Shown: positions 1 through 13,195, counted from the stretch's first letter. The stretch is DNA of 64,000 bases from Octopus sinensis (GCF_006345805.1 NC_042998.1:30938001-31002000); one strand, 5' to 3'. Notes: a model not told the origin generated them from the sequence alone. Made by a program: numbers and translations.

Positions 1-2150
1 TGCTGCAAAATTTTCGATAATCCGAAAAAGTGGGTGGGGGAAACGTGCTAGTAACAAGTATATTTCTCGAATGTGACAGTGTGTCCATAGACAAACCACC
101 TCAGGTCATTCAGGTCGTATCTAGAGTCTTCTGTAGATTAGTAGATAAGGAGAGCATAAATTGTCCTCATTTTAAAATCGTCGGCTACGCAGACGGTTGT
201 GCTGGACAGGCTTCGTGAACAAGAACTCGGTTACTAGAAGCTAAACCGCGCCGTTCTCAAGCTTACACATAGGATTAGCGAATTAAACGAACATTGACAA
301 GAACAATCATCAACAAACAATTTTTCAGGTCGATTAAAGTAGGGTTAATTGGGTTTAGTAAAGTTGTGGTGATAGAGAAAAACAGAAGAGGGAGAAAATC
401 TCTTAGAAACTTAGAAGAGGCGCGTAGGCAAGACATCGCAGCCGACGTATTCGAAACGAGACTACTTTGGACTAATTCTTTAACATAAAGCATGAAGGCT
501 AAGGCCCGAGCTAAGGCGCGTGCTCTAAAACACGAGGGTATGAAAGCTGTCCGATGGACCCGAGTAGCGGTGGTGCAATGTGAAAATAGAATAATTCAGC
601 CTTTAGTGGGCCGCAATGAACACGTGTTCCTAGACCCAAAGGAGATATGTGCAGCTTTTCAGCAACACTTCGCTCGACGGCTGGGACACGAATGGCAGGC
701 TGAAACGCAGGATAGATTTCAATGCCTGCCCGACGGCCTACTGCGACCATCAGTACGAGAAGCGGAGTGTTGCGTAAAGCCGATGACAGCGACGGAAATA
801 CGGGAAGCGATGATTTACTGCATGGGATGAGGGTATCAAATCACCTGGTTTGAAAGGTCTGCCTCACGAAATTTACTCCTATATCCCAGACTAGTTTGGA
901 AATTTCTTGCTGTTATCTACTGCAACTGACAGCAGAATGGGAGAGTTCCCAGTTCTGTAAATCGGCGAACAGTAGCTTTCCGAAGAAAGGACTCGAACAA
1001 GAAAGATCACATTAGTAACTTTCGACCCATTATTTGCAGAACACAGACTTCAAAATTTTGGCCAGGATCTTTGTAAAGAGGTTGGCAAACATGTATCATC
1101 CCAAGCGCATCTCTCCGTGACAAACTCCACCTCATCCAGTACATCATAAAAAAGTTAGGTAAAAAAACTTGGCATGGGTGGGTATCTGATCATCTTAAAT
1201 TAATTCAAAGATTTTGATTGGGTCGACCACCATTATCTGGTGGCTGTTCTCATGGCGGCCGATTTCAGTCCTGTCTTCCACCGATGTTCTGCCGCAATTT
1301 ACAGCGACATCTACTTGGTGATTCGGTCGAATGGTCACCTGTTGAAAGCATTCAGTGTCATACACTCGGTCCATCTAGGTCGTCCCCTCTTATCTCTTTT
1401 GTAGGTACTGATTCTTGAGTCTTTGCTGCGGAAACTGGAGACGTTGAGGAACATCCCGTGCGAAGTAGGACGCCGATTTGTGTCGGCATTCACGAAAATC
1501 ACCGCTTTGGTGTCAGACGTGAGGGACATTGAGGTGATTGGCTCCGATTTAAGGGACTACGAAGCACTGACAAGAGCAAAAATCGGCCAAAAAGTCAGAG
1601 GGCCTACAACTCGATACCTAGAGAAACAGGCCCATGCCATCCAAGAACGACGTGGAACGCCGGACTATTAAATTACTCGTGTCTAGTTTGGTGCAGATTT
1701 TCAAGTGGAGAACAACTGGGACAGAGTGACGAACAGGATGGCTGGAAATGGCAGCTCACCCAGAAATGGGCCGCAAAGATGCTATTTCTGAAGGGTCGGG
1801 ATGAGGTGGCAAATGCTTTCCTCACCAGCTTCACATATTAGCGCCAGACTTTCGTCCTTTCCCCCATTTCATGTCTCACTGGATGGAACGCCTGCTCTTC
1901 CACTTTTTGTGGAAGGGATTTAATCTACTGATCAGACACTCCATTTGTCGTGAACAACGTTGAGTGGATAGCTGCGCATGCTGCGACTGATTGTGCGGAC
2001 ACTTGCAGCGAAGCTGATACATCGCCAGCATTTCCTTAGCTTTCGTTATTTTTCACTGTTTACAAGCCTCCATATAAACCTTGGTTTTACTGCACCGTAT
2101 CGTTCTTTAACATCCTCTGTTTGTAAACTCTTAGTGGTTAATAAAGAAAC
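1..2150 (+). mobile_element. Tx1/L1-clade LINE, decayed ORF2 (end of APE endonuclease + RT) and 3' end; 5' part outside window
   Basis: Frameshifted motifs: GY*KLN (~230), KSPGLKGLPHEIY (~840), KKDHISNFRPI (~1000), KDFDWVDHHYL (~1210), QGCPLS-like (~1370), SAYADD-like (~1485). Ends CCTCTGTTTGTAAACTCTTAGTGGTTAATAAAGAAAC then (ATT)n. Confidence 0.85.
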
Positions 2151-2169
2151 CATTATTATTATTATTATT

Positions 2170-2575
2170 GAGTGAGAGAGCAGTTCATGCCATCAAAGTG
2201 ACACTGGGGTAAAATATACGAAGCCCAATATACCCATCATGACTACCCGTCTGATAAGGGTACACCAGGCACATGCATCACAACCATATGTGCGCGACAT
2301 GGTGATCTCATATCAAGATAAACAGCGCATGACCTTGCAGGTGAGGCCCAGTTAGAATTTTCTTCAGGTTGAGTAGCCCATCCCGCTCAAAAGGTCCCTG
2401 AATAAGGGTTGTTTAAGGATGTTGAAAGAACCACCCATGTTTACAGAGCTGAATTATTCAAACCCCAAAGAATCCCTCTCAACACATGGCTATGATGCTC
2501 CCCCACTACTTCTGCTCGTGATCAGAGATGCACATATCGTCAGCCACTAAGCGATATGCTCAACTGGTTAAGGTC
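2170..2575 (-). mobile_element. ~560-580 bp non-coding retroposon family flanked by (TAA)n, partial copy
   Basis: Homologous to copies at 27682, 28244, 28850, 38238 and 41528; minus-strand end CTCTCTCACTC-AATAATAAT. Confidence 0.75.
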
Positions 2576-2641
2576 TATTATTATTATTATCATTATTATT
2601 ATTATTGTTATTATTATCATTATTATTATTATTATTATTAA

Positions 2642-2852
2642 GGCAGCGAGCAGGCAGACGAAAAGCACGCCGGGCGAAATGCTTAGCGGCATTTCGTCTG
2701 CCGCTACGTTCTGAGTTCAAATTCTGCCGAGGTCGGCTTTGACTTTCATCCTTTCGGGGGTCGATAAAATAAGTACCAGTTGTGTACTGGATTCGTCTAA
2801 TCGATTGACTCCTTCCTCCAAAAGTTCGGGTCTTGTGCCTAGAGTAGAAAAG
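2642..2852 (+). mobile_element. tRNA-derived SINE (family SINE-2, tail A)
   Basis: GGCRGCGAGCTGGCAGAA head, B-box GAGTTCAAATTC, body CCTTTCGGGGTCGATAAAATAAGTACC, tail GCCTAGAGTAGAAAAG; more than 15 copies or fragments in the window. Confidence 0.85.
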
Positions 2853-3300
2853 GATATATTTACTCAGATACTGCCCCCAGTTGAATTTTCCTTTTTATTT
2901 TTGGTGGGTAGATAATTACTGCTATTCAGTTAATCTCCTTCATTTCTGTCGGTAATGTTGTTTTTGAACAACAAAACCAGCTGTCTCAAGCCATAAAATC
3001 GCTCTGGCTATAGAAATCACTCAACACTCAGAATTTAAACGTTTGTTAATATTGATTTTTTCTTTCTTTAACTGACAAAAACAAACATCTCTGGTGTGTA
3101 AACAGTTGATTATAGCGAGTTAGTACATTGCTGAGCCTTTTGTTATCGCTGGAATGAAAAGTTCATCGTGGACGAATTAGAACTCGGAATGTAAAATGAC
3201 AAATATCAGGCGTTTTATCGACCACATCATAGATTCTGCCAATACACTTCCATTAGCAATGGTTTATGATATTGAGGCAGATTACACATTGAGAAAGAGA

Positions 3301-4122
3301 TACTCTTTACTCTCTCTACTTGTTTCAGTCATTTGACTGTGGCCATGCTGGAGCACCGCCTTTAATCGAGCAAACCGACCCCAGGACTTATTATTTGTAA
3401 GCCTGGTACTTATTCTATCAGTAACTTTTTGCCGAAACGCTAAGTTACGGGGGGGTAAACACACCAGCATCGGTTGTCAAGCGATGTTGGAGGGACAAAC
3501 ACCGACACACAAACATATGCACACACATACATGTACATATATACGACGGGCTTCTTTCAGTTTCCGTCTACCATATCCGTGGTATTTCTCAATCTGGCTG
3601 GTATTTCTCAATCTTTTCTGTTTCCTTACATTTCACCCTCGAATCACCTGGTATTGCAACATCTATCATCTTTACTTCTTTTTCATCTTTATGGATGAGC
3701 ACAATATCTGGTCCTCTCACCTCTATGACTTGGTCGCACTGTATGTTAAAACTGGAGCACCGCCTTTAATCGAGCAACTCGACCCCGGGACTTATTCTTT
3801 TGTAAGCCTAGTACTTATTCTATCGGACTCTTTTGCCGAACCGCTAAGTTACGGGGACGTAAACACACCAGCATCGGTTGTCAAGTGATGTTGGGGGGAC
3901 AAACACAGACACACAAACATATATATATACACACACACATATATATGTATACATATATACGACAGGCTTCTTTCAGTTTCCGTCTACCAAATCCACTCAC
4001 AAGGCCTTGGTCGGCCCGAGGCTATAGTAGAAGATACTTGCCCAAAGTGCCACGCAGCGGGACTGAACCTGGAACCATGTGGTTGGTAAGCAAGCTATTT
4101 ACCACACAGCCACTCCTACGCC
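3301..4122 (-). mobile_element. Two SINE-1 copies (3301-3570 partial; 3752-4122)
   Basis: tRNA-like head GGCGTAGGAGTGGCTGTGTGGTAA...GGTTCAGTCCC, internal (CA)/(TA) tract, tail CAGCATGGCCACAGTCAAATGACTGAAACAAGT. Confidence 0.9.
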
Positions 4123-4524
4123 TATGTATAAATTAACTCTAGAAGGCTGAGGGACAAAGTTTACCTCAGTAGGAAACTAACTTAGAATGTAAAGGCATAT
4201 AGCTAAATTCCAATGGTCTAAGTATAACTCAAATACATTTGTTTTAATATTGATTTCTAATACTTAACAAGGTCATGTGTTTTACAGTCGATTTAATCGA
4301 CTAAAATTCTCTCCTTCGACATATTTTATCGACCCTGACAAGCAGAAAGATGAAGTCAAATCGACAGAATTTGAACTCACACCGTCACACTACGAACTGT
4401 ATTCTGGAAGTTCCTGCATATAAGTTGGATCAAATACAGAGACAAACGTCACATGAAAAAGTTTTGCTGATAAGCTTTCAAGCACATACATGTGTACATA
4501 TATATATAAATATCTATATATAGA

Positions 4525-4735
4525 GGCGCAATGGCCTAGTGGTTAGGGCAGCGGACTCGCGGTCGCAGGATCGCGGTTTCGATTCTCAGACTGGGCGTTG
4601 TGTGTGTTTATTGAGCGAAAACACCTAAAAGCTCTACGAGGCTCCGGCAGGGGGTGGTGATCCCTGCTGTACTCTTTCACCACAATGGCGGTGCCCCAGC
4701 ATGGCCACAGCTCAAGAGCTGAAACTGGAAAAAAC
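4525..4735 (+). mobile_element. tRNA-derived SINE-3, CR1-type tail variant
   Basis: A box TGGCCTAGTGG, B box GTTTCGATTC; head and body shared with 24492-24793 and 39139-39540; ends GGCGGTGCCCCAGCATGGCCACAGC..CTGAAAC. Confidence 0.85.
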
Positions 4736-4750
4736 AAAAAACAAACAAAC

Positions 4751-4794
<44 letters not shown>

Positions 4795-4799
<5 letters not shown>

Positions 4800-5719
4800 A
4801 AAATAAGGGTGTCTGAGAGACACCACCATGCCGAAATAGCAGTCAAATCCTGACTCTAAGAACCACGTTAAATGTTCATATCGCACCATGAGATAAGACA
4901 GAAGGACAAAATAGAGTAGCAAAAAATATTACTGAATAATTCAAGATCCTGGATTTCTAGCTTTGCTTTAAATAAGCTTTGCCTCATCAGTTGAATAAAT
5001 CAGATAGGCACATAAATACAAATATATATATGCAGAACAAACGTTATACTTACGTTATACTGTCTTATCGCATGGTGCGATATGAACATTTAAAGTGGTT
5101 CTTAGAGTCAGGATTTGACTGCTATTTCGGCATGGTGGTGTCTCTTAGACACCCTTATTTTTAGTTGTAAAAAAATTATTACCTTTGTATAGTATTTTTC
5201 CCATGCTAGCCAATTGATAATATCGATATTTAAATATCGATATTATCCTTATTTATAAATTTATATAATTCGTCTCTATATTCACTGCGGTGTTTATTTT
5301 GACCATATCGTGCTTATGGGGTATTTTGGCGGGCAATTTAACTGGCCTTGTACATACGTGCATATATATGTATGCATGGACGTTCGTATATGTAAGTATA
5401 ACGTTAGTTCTGCATATATTTATGTGTATTTATGTGCCTATCTGATTTATTCAACTGATGAGGCAAAGCTTATTTAAAGCAAAGCTAGAAATCCAGGATC
5501 TTGAATGATTCAGTAATATTTTTTGCTACTCTATTTTGTCCCTCTGTCTTATCTCATGGTGCGATATGAACATTTAACGTGGTTCTTAGAGTCAGGATTT
5601 GACTGCTATTTCGGCATGGTGGTGTCTCTCAGACACCCTTATTCTTAGTTGTAAAAAAATTATTACCTTTGTATGGTATTTTTCCCATGCTGGCCACTTG
5701 ATAATATCGATATTATCCT

Positions 5720-5722
<3 letters not shown>
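4795..5722. mobile_element. Penelope-like terminal-repeat remnant: inverted copy plus two direct copies
   Basis: 4795-5024 is the reverse complement of 5421-5645; 5062-5255 is a second direct partial copy; the unit carries a hammerhead core. Confidence 0.65.
5449..5506 (+). ncRNA. Putative type I hammerhead ribozyme (family A); mirror copy on minus strand at 4939-4996
   Basis: ATTCAA-CTGATGA-GGC..GCTT/AAGC..GCT-A-GAA-ATCC-A-GGAT-C-TTGAAT. Stem I ATTCAA/TTGAAT, stem III ATCC/GGAT, AUC cleavage triplet; the base of stem II is imperfect. Confidence 0.6.
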
Positions 5723-5765
<43 letters not shown>

Positions 5766-6238
5766 TATATATATATGGTTAATTCCCTTTGAATATACAA
5801 GTTTCCAACTTAATAGCTAAATTAGTTTTCAAAATACTGCAAAAACACTTACCCCCCGATCAACAGTACTACAAATTGATAAACAAACATAGCATAAAAT
5901 TGTTATATTCCTCAACCAACAACTAGTCTCTTCATGCAACCAAAACAAATTTTAAATACTTAAGTCAATATTTTTTCTAGTGGATAAAAATACCTCACCT
6001 TTTCTATAAACTATCTCCATAACTTATATACAAATCATTCTGACAACTTTACACGAAACAAGCACTTATGAATTACCTAAAACTTACCCAACCCTTTTAA
6101 AAATGTTTTTCACGTTTTTACATAATGAAGTCAATTTCTCAAGTTGAAGTTTATCTTTATTATTTTTATACAAGAGTATATACACAGGTTTTAATAATGC
6201 CCCACTTTCGCATATACCCATATGCTCAATATAATACA

Positions 6239-6616
6239 CTAGCACTATGATCCGGCGTTGCCGGGTCATAGTGCTATTGCATGCATATACAGCTGCGTGC
6301 GTGCGCACCTACACGCGAGTACTGTCCAAATCTCCGACCAATCACATACAGCTAGCTGGCATTCAATTGGCGTATCAAGTTTCGGGCATTTTGATTGGGT
6401 TTTGGATAGAAAATTCACAAAAAAGTCACTTCTATTGATTTTTTAATGGCTTTGCGGGGTGACTGGGGAAATGTAAAGATGTGCACGACCACCCTTGGAC
6501 GGTTTTGAATGACCATAGAAAGTGCGAGCCCTCTAACTGAAAAATTGTGGATTTGTATAAAGGACATGCACATACACACACACACAGAGACATTTTGCCG
6601 TTTATATAAAAAGAGA
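6239..6616 (-). mobile_element. Non-autonomous Helitron
   Basis: Minus strand A|TCTCTTTTATATAAA...; subterminal hairpin GCACTATGA..TCATAGTGC; terminal CTAG|T. Confidence 0.8.
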
Positions 6617-6749
6617 TTATAAAGGATCCACATTTGAAGCAGAATTGAAGAAATATGGATAAACAGATGGCCAACAAACCCTGCCTCCATAAAATACAAA
6701 GGTTTAAATTTCCACATTAATTAAATTGCTTATGGAACAAGGAACTCCC

Positions 6750-7790
6750 AGAGAAAAACATATTGGCCAATAACCTTCACACCTAACCACATTCTTTTGT
6801 GAACATCAAAGGACAAGATAAAGAAATTTCTATGACATGCTCCAATAACATAGAGCAATCGGCATATTTTCTTTCTTTCATAACTGTCGATTCTGATGAG
6901 AGCTGAGTTTCATAATCAGGTTCCATTATTATACATTTTGTTGAACTCTCAGAGCGAAACCGATTTGTAAGATCAGTTGGTATTTCAATAAATCGTTGAA
7001 ACACCAACGGTACTTCTAGGCAGACGATACAGAAGTATCTCAGGGGATTTAAAACGCTGGAGGTTGCGCGCCTGCAGCATGTCTAATGCTGGAAAATTTC
7101 AAGCCTTGCTCTACCAGCATATGAAGCTCAAGGAAATGCAGACGGGATAACACTGGCCCAGGAGGGATTGCAAACCCTGAATCAACATCAGTGCGTGATT
7201 TGGGCACTGACATGAGTAATGATGCATTTTCCAGGCGTATATTACTAAATTGACAATAAAATGCAGGTGGCTGACCGAACGGCTCCTTAGAACTTTCAGA
7301 ACGAGAGAACAAGAAACCATGATGGCCCTCTGGGGAACATGTTTTAAGCGGTTTAGACTACTGCTTCCAAATATGGTCACCACACAGTGTAAACCTAGCG
7401 ATGAAACTCGAAGCAACTCAGTGAAGCTATTCAAAGATCGCCACAATGGAACAGTTCAGCTACTGGGAGAGACTCAAAAAGTTAGGACGCTACACCCTAG
7501 ATTGAAAGCGGGAAAATTATGCAGTGATGTACATCTGAAAAATCCTGGGAGAAATGTACCAAACTTTGGCTTTGAAAGTCCCACAAACTACAGAACGAGG
7601 CGCCGTTGCAAAGTGCCAAAGACCCCAACTTCACCATGAATATGCAGGACCAGATACTGTAACAGTTTGGGTCCCACAGCTCTTCCATATCTTCGCAAAA
7701 AGCCTACATATCTAGTCTCACATATGTCTTTCATGGAGTAGGCATAAACGTCACCTAAGTCTCCTTATTGCAAATCCAAAAGGAGTACAA
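6750..7790 (+). mobile_element. Decayed CR1-clade LINE (RT to C-terminus)
   Basis: C-terminal motifs KIATMEQFSYWERLKKLG, PNFG..NYRTRRRCKVP, GPQLFHI; many stops and frameshifts; boundaries approximate. Confidence 0.6.
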
Positions 7791-9020
7791 GAAGTAGAGA
7801 AGAGGTTCATCTTTTTTTAATATCTTGTTCCGAGCAATGCGGCAAGCTGGCAGAATGGTTAGCAAAAAAATGCTCAGCAGCATTTTGTCCGACTTTACGT
7901 TCTAAATTCAAATACTGTTGGTATTGACTTTGCCTTTCATTCTTTCGGGGTCGATAAAATAAGTACAGGTTGAGCCCTGTGTTCGATGAAATCGACTAAA
8001 TCCCTTCTACAAAACTACTGACTTGGTCCCAAAATATGAAATAAATACCTTGTTCCGAATAAACCATAGGAATTCAATCGCCAGCGTACAACAAAATCGC
8101 TGGCAAAAGTTACAAAAGTCTTTGACTGGGTTCTTCCTGATCGCAAAGTCAACGCCATTCCCTCGTTTTCCACCTGTCGTTTTGTAAACACAAAAGTATT
8201 TGTAGCCAAGATCCATTTCGATTCGTTGACCTTTCTCTGACAGCTCTGTCTCCAAAAGAGCAGCAATGACTATCTTCTATCACTCATACTCAACTTGAAC
8301 AAAAGCAGTAGATCGCTCAAGCCTGCTGGATTCATTATCAAAAAGCAACGTTCGCACATTGCAGAACCACGTAGATGTGTCCTTCGCTTATTTATGCTTT
8401 TGCGTTTCATATTTACGCTTTTTAAATATGTTGCTGCTGCTGTTGTTTTTGTTGTTGTTAAGCAACAAGACGGATAAGGGTGATTAGGTGATGGTCTAGG
8501 GCTTAGGGGCGGGAGACCCCAGACCTTGGAAAAAAAAACTTTGGTCGTCTTGTTATAGTCGAGGGCTCTTCGTTGACACCCGACACCACTGGGAGGTGAC
8601 CCTCGAAGTCGCTGGAAATGGAGATCTCCAGGTCCAAATTCTTGGACGGCTGTTGCTTCTGCTGTGATGAATAGCAGTTAATCACAATAGGGCAGGCAAT
8701 GTTTGAAACACTTTCTAGTTTCTTCACCCAATAACTAGCTAGGCAATTGTCGTTTTAAATACAGCTTCTCAATCACAGGTGAATTCTAATCAGTTATTCT
8801 ACGTACCAAGATCAAAGAAAACGATTATGAGATGAATTATCTGCTGTCAAACGTGCAGGCTTGAGACTATCCTTCAAACTCTAATGGCGGAGAGCATTGG
8901 AGTGTGATGAGTCGTCTATAAAGTTAAGCACATTATGGATGCAAAAACCATCGGTTACTCTATGACCGGACATATATTCAACTGATATATATATTATATA
9001 TATATATATATATATAATCA

Positions 9021-9101
9021 TCGGCTACGTCTGATGAGCGCAGGGCTGCATAATCGGAGTGTTACCAAACACTCCGTTGAATCCCACGCGCGAAACCGAC
9101 T
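9021..9101 (+). ncRNA. Possible hammerhead ribozyme (family B) with extended stem II
   Basis: CTGATGA(9031)-GCGC...GCGC-GAAA(9092)-CCGA; internal hairpin CGGAGTGTT/AACACTCCG; upstream TCGG could form stem III, but the U16.1 position reads C. Confidence 0.45.
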
Positions 9102-9164
9102 GATAATAATATGTACTCGATTGACAGATATACGAGTGCATTTTTCCTGACTTACATATATATG

Positions 9165-9227
<63 letters not shown>

Positions 9228-9230
9228 ATT

Positions 9231-9665
9231 AGAATGTAGGATTGCAGGATCCCTAAGCAGATGCTATATGGGAACTTGTGAATGGAAAGAGACCTCGGCA
9301 AAAATCAAGGCTGTGATTTAAGGACTGTTTCAAGTCCTCATTAAATGTCTGTGATATGCAGGAGACTGGCTGGGAGAGCAATGCCTGTCATCGCCACAGA
9401 TGGGGGAAGCAGATTAAGGAGGGGTGGACAGTTTTGAGAGAGCTCGAATTCTTCAACAAGAACTTAAGCGTGCTGCTCGAAAGCACACTGCTGGTGTAGT
9501 GAATGGCGAAAGCTTGGTCTGAAATGTTTGCACTCGCGTATGCTTGTCAAGAGCAGGGCTCATTAGCCACCAACGGAGCCACAAATGCAAAATATAAGTT
9601 AGTCCTAGAGCGCATAATGTTCCTGAAGGTCAGTAATGGTCTTCCTCCGTCACGAGTGGACGGCC
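9231..9665 (+). mobile_element. RTE-clade LINE 3' fragment
   Basis: RIPKQMLYG..GKRP...FKDCFKSSL C-terminal motif with frameshifts; flanked by (TA)n. Confidence 0.6.
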
Positions 9666-9914
9666 ATCATATATATATATATATTATGGGAGTAATATAT
9701 ACAAACCAAATATATAAAAATTATATATAAGTATATGTAAATCATATATATATATCATATTTAATTTTATTCGTTAGGGAATAAAAATTCCGGCATAATA
9801 GGGGTTCAAATTATTCTCAATGAAGAAATATATATTTTCATTTAGAGATAGTAGGCTCCTTCATCTCACCATATAAAAAAGAATTTTTATTTTAAATACT
9901 TACTATTTTATAAC

Positions 9915-11495
9915 TTGGCCTATACCATTGCTTTGTTGATTTGAGCAAAGCATTCGATACTGTTAATCGAAATGCTCTGTGGCTAATTCTAAGGAAAATA
10001 GGTTGCCCAGAAAAATTTGTAAACATGATCAGGGTTTTGCATCAAGATGTGAAAGCTAGAGTTAGTTTTGGTGGTAGGCTCTCTGAATCTTTTGCTGTGG
10101 AAAATGGAGTAAAGCAAAGAGACCTTGATGCACCCACCCTCTTCGCAATATACCTTGCTGTTGTGCTGTCACACGCTTTTCAAAACTTCAAGGAGGGTAT
10201 TTACATAAAATTTCGAACAACAGGGAATGTTTTTAATCTGACCAGACTGAAATTAAAAACGAAGGTTTTATCTCATTCATTAGGGAACTTTTATGCGATG
10301 ACGATTGCGATTAAGTCAGTCATTCTGAAACAGGTCTACAATCTCTTGTATCTGCATTTGACTCGGTTTGTGATGATTTTGGCTTGACCGTCAACTTGAA
10401 TAAACAGTTGTAATGCATCAACCTGCATGTGGTGCTGTTTGCAACCCTGCTAAAATTTTATTAAGGGTGAGTTACTTGAAGCCTTTGATTCCTTCATCTA
10501 CCATGGAAGCTCTGTACAAAATGATGGAAATCTGGACACAGAAATACATCTGCAATTCAAAGGGCAGCACAAGCATTTGGCGGTTTGGAGTCAAGCGTTT
10601 GGCGCCAACAACATATAAATAACCACACAAAATTAGCTCTTTACAAATCGTTTGTCCTACCATCCCTGTTGTATTCTTCTGAAACATGGACATGTCAGGA
10701 AAGAGATTTTAACTTGTTAGAACAATTCCACCAAAAATGCTTTCATATCATTTTAAACATTAAATGGAGTTTTTTTTACATTAAATGTCCTTGCGTCTGC
10801 AAGCATCACATCAATTAAAGCAATAATTTTAAAAAAACCAAATGAGGTGGTCTGGCCATATTGTTCGAATGGCGGATGAAACAGCTGTTTTGTGGTGAGT
10901 TTGCAGAGGGGGAACGCTATCGGTGTAAAACTAAAAAGAAGTTTAAGGACCGCATAAGTTTAAGGACCATGAAGTCACTTGGAATGGATCCAGAGGATAT
11001 AGAAACTCTTGCTTCGGATCGAGTTGGATGGCGAACAAAAGTGTGGAATGGAGTGAAAGTATTTCAAAAGGCCAGCATAATGCATGCAACACTCGAGAGA
11101 TTTAAAGAAGAATGTTACGATCGAGAAGGTGAATCACTATGAACTTTTTGTGTGCACAGTTTGTGACAGACCATGCCTTTCTTTGACTGGGCTCAAATCT
11201 CATTTGCGGACCTATGTAAAACGAACCTCCACTAACTATTCTGCTTGTATGCCTGTGCACACCTTCTAATGCTATGCATGCCATAAGGTCTGCATATCTA
11301 ACAGAGGTTTCAAAAGACATTTTCAGATCCACGAGGATCAGAACTTAACTGCAGCTCTTGGTGGTACAAATCGGATATGCATCTATGCAGTCTTTTCAAT
11401 AGATTGTCTGGTTTAAAAAGCCACATCAGACGCGATGGATCTAAGGTATAGGCACAGGAGGTGGTCAGACTCCGCATAAGGAGTAGACAACCACC
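9915..11495 (+). mobile_element. RTE (BovB-like) LINE, 5'-truncated, decayed ORF2 with C-terminal C2H2 fingers
   Basis: AFVDLSKAFDTVNRNALW..LRKIGCPEKFV, GVKQ..APTLF, frameshifted YADD, LLYSSETWT, CTVCDRPCLSLTGLKSHLR; ends GGAGTAGACAACCACC-(TA)n. Confidence 0.9.
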
Positions 11496-11629
11496 ATATA
11501 TATATATATATTTTTTGTGTTACTACCCACATATATATACTTTATTTAAAGCAGCAGAAAATTCCACAAAACCTGTTACTCTGAGTTTCGCGTTGCCGTT
11601 CGTCGGACACATTTATGTGTTTACTCCGG

Positions 11630-11698
<69 letters not shown>

Positions 11699-11712
11699 TG
11701 TGTGTGTGTGTG

Positions 11713-11743
<31 letters not shown>

Positions 11744-11856
11744 GATAGATATGTATAATGTAGTCATGATTGGGTGTATTTGTAGTGTGTGTGTATGCAG
11801 ACAGAAAGGAACCAAAAAGACAGGAGTGAGTAAAGACAGATATTGATAGGCAAAAA

Positions 11857-11889
<33 letters not shown>

Positions 11890-12529
11890 TGAGAGTGAGT
11901 GTGATTGGCTGTGTGAAGCGGAAGAAGAAAGAGAAAGAAAAAAATAAATGAAACTGAATAAGATATAAACCTCTATCGATACATATCAATAAAGAAACAG
12001 CAGTTCTAGAATGTTTGCATAGAAGAAATATTCGATTACGTACATTCTATGTAAGTAAACAGTGGAAAAAGATTTGTTTATGGAATCAGTGTTTATTACC
12101 TGGAATTTTGTCTTTAATTTCTTTCGCATCAACCAAGGCAATTCGAGGAGAACCAGGACATGACGTCAATGTTCCCCTCAAACAAAGTCTACTCTTTCAA
12201 CGATTTCCAATTGTGTAATTGATCCCAAAATAGAGAGAATTTTTACGTAACTGTTTGTGTTTGTTCTAATTATGAAAACACGGGATTGGTTCGTCGTGCA
12301 TTTAGCCTGGTTACTGTCGTTAAGTAAACACAATACGAGGGTGACTTGAAAGGTCAGGTTGTTTTGTCCCAACAGAAACACGAATGTTTCGACCGTATCT
12401 GTTTCTCTGTTTGCCTCACTTTCAATTGCTCACCAGTTTCTCTCTCTTTCTTTCTTTCTTTTTTTCTTCCCGTCTCTCCCTCCATCTCTCTCTCTCTCAC
12501 TCTCACTCAATGTGTAATATACATAACAT

Positions 12530-13083
12530 ATATTAAATTAATAATTATATATATAAATTAATAATGATATATATAATTTTAATATATATTTTATATATAA
12601 ATTAATAAAAATTTATATATATATATATATATATTATTATATATAAATATATATTAACTTAATAATTATATATATATATAAATATATATATTACTTAATA
12701 ATTATATATAATATAAATATATATATTAACTTAATAATTATATATATATATAAATATATATATTAACTTAATAATATATATATATATAAATATATATATT
12801 AACTTAATAATTATATATATATATAAATATATATATTAACTTAATAATTATATATATATATATATATATATATTAACTTAATAATTTTATTTAGTATCTA
12901 AATATATATATATTATATATATATATTAACTCAATAATTTTATTTATATATATATATATAAAATTAGTAATTTAATATTATATATATAAAAGATATATTA
13001 TATTAATTAATAATTATATATATATATATATATTAATTAATAATTATATATATATATATATATAACTTAATAATTATATATAT

Positions 13084-13121
<38 letters not shown>

Positions 13122-13142
13122 AATATATTAACTTAATAATTT

Positions 13143-13179
<37 letters not shown>

Positions 13180-13195
13180 TTAATAATTTTATATA
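12530..13195. repeat. Almost pure A/T minisatellite (~33-37 bp unit ATATATTAACTTAATAATTATATATATATAAAT)
   Basis: Unit visibly repeated with variable (TA)n length. Confidence 0.9.

Noticed and set aside
3885-4136. Recurring ORFs of the type MLGGQTQTHKH...PRSGTEPGTMW (also at 17030, 46953, 59546, 61724)
   Set aside because: They are antisense translations of SINE-1, not a protein family.
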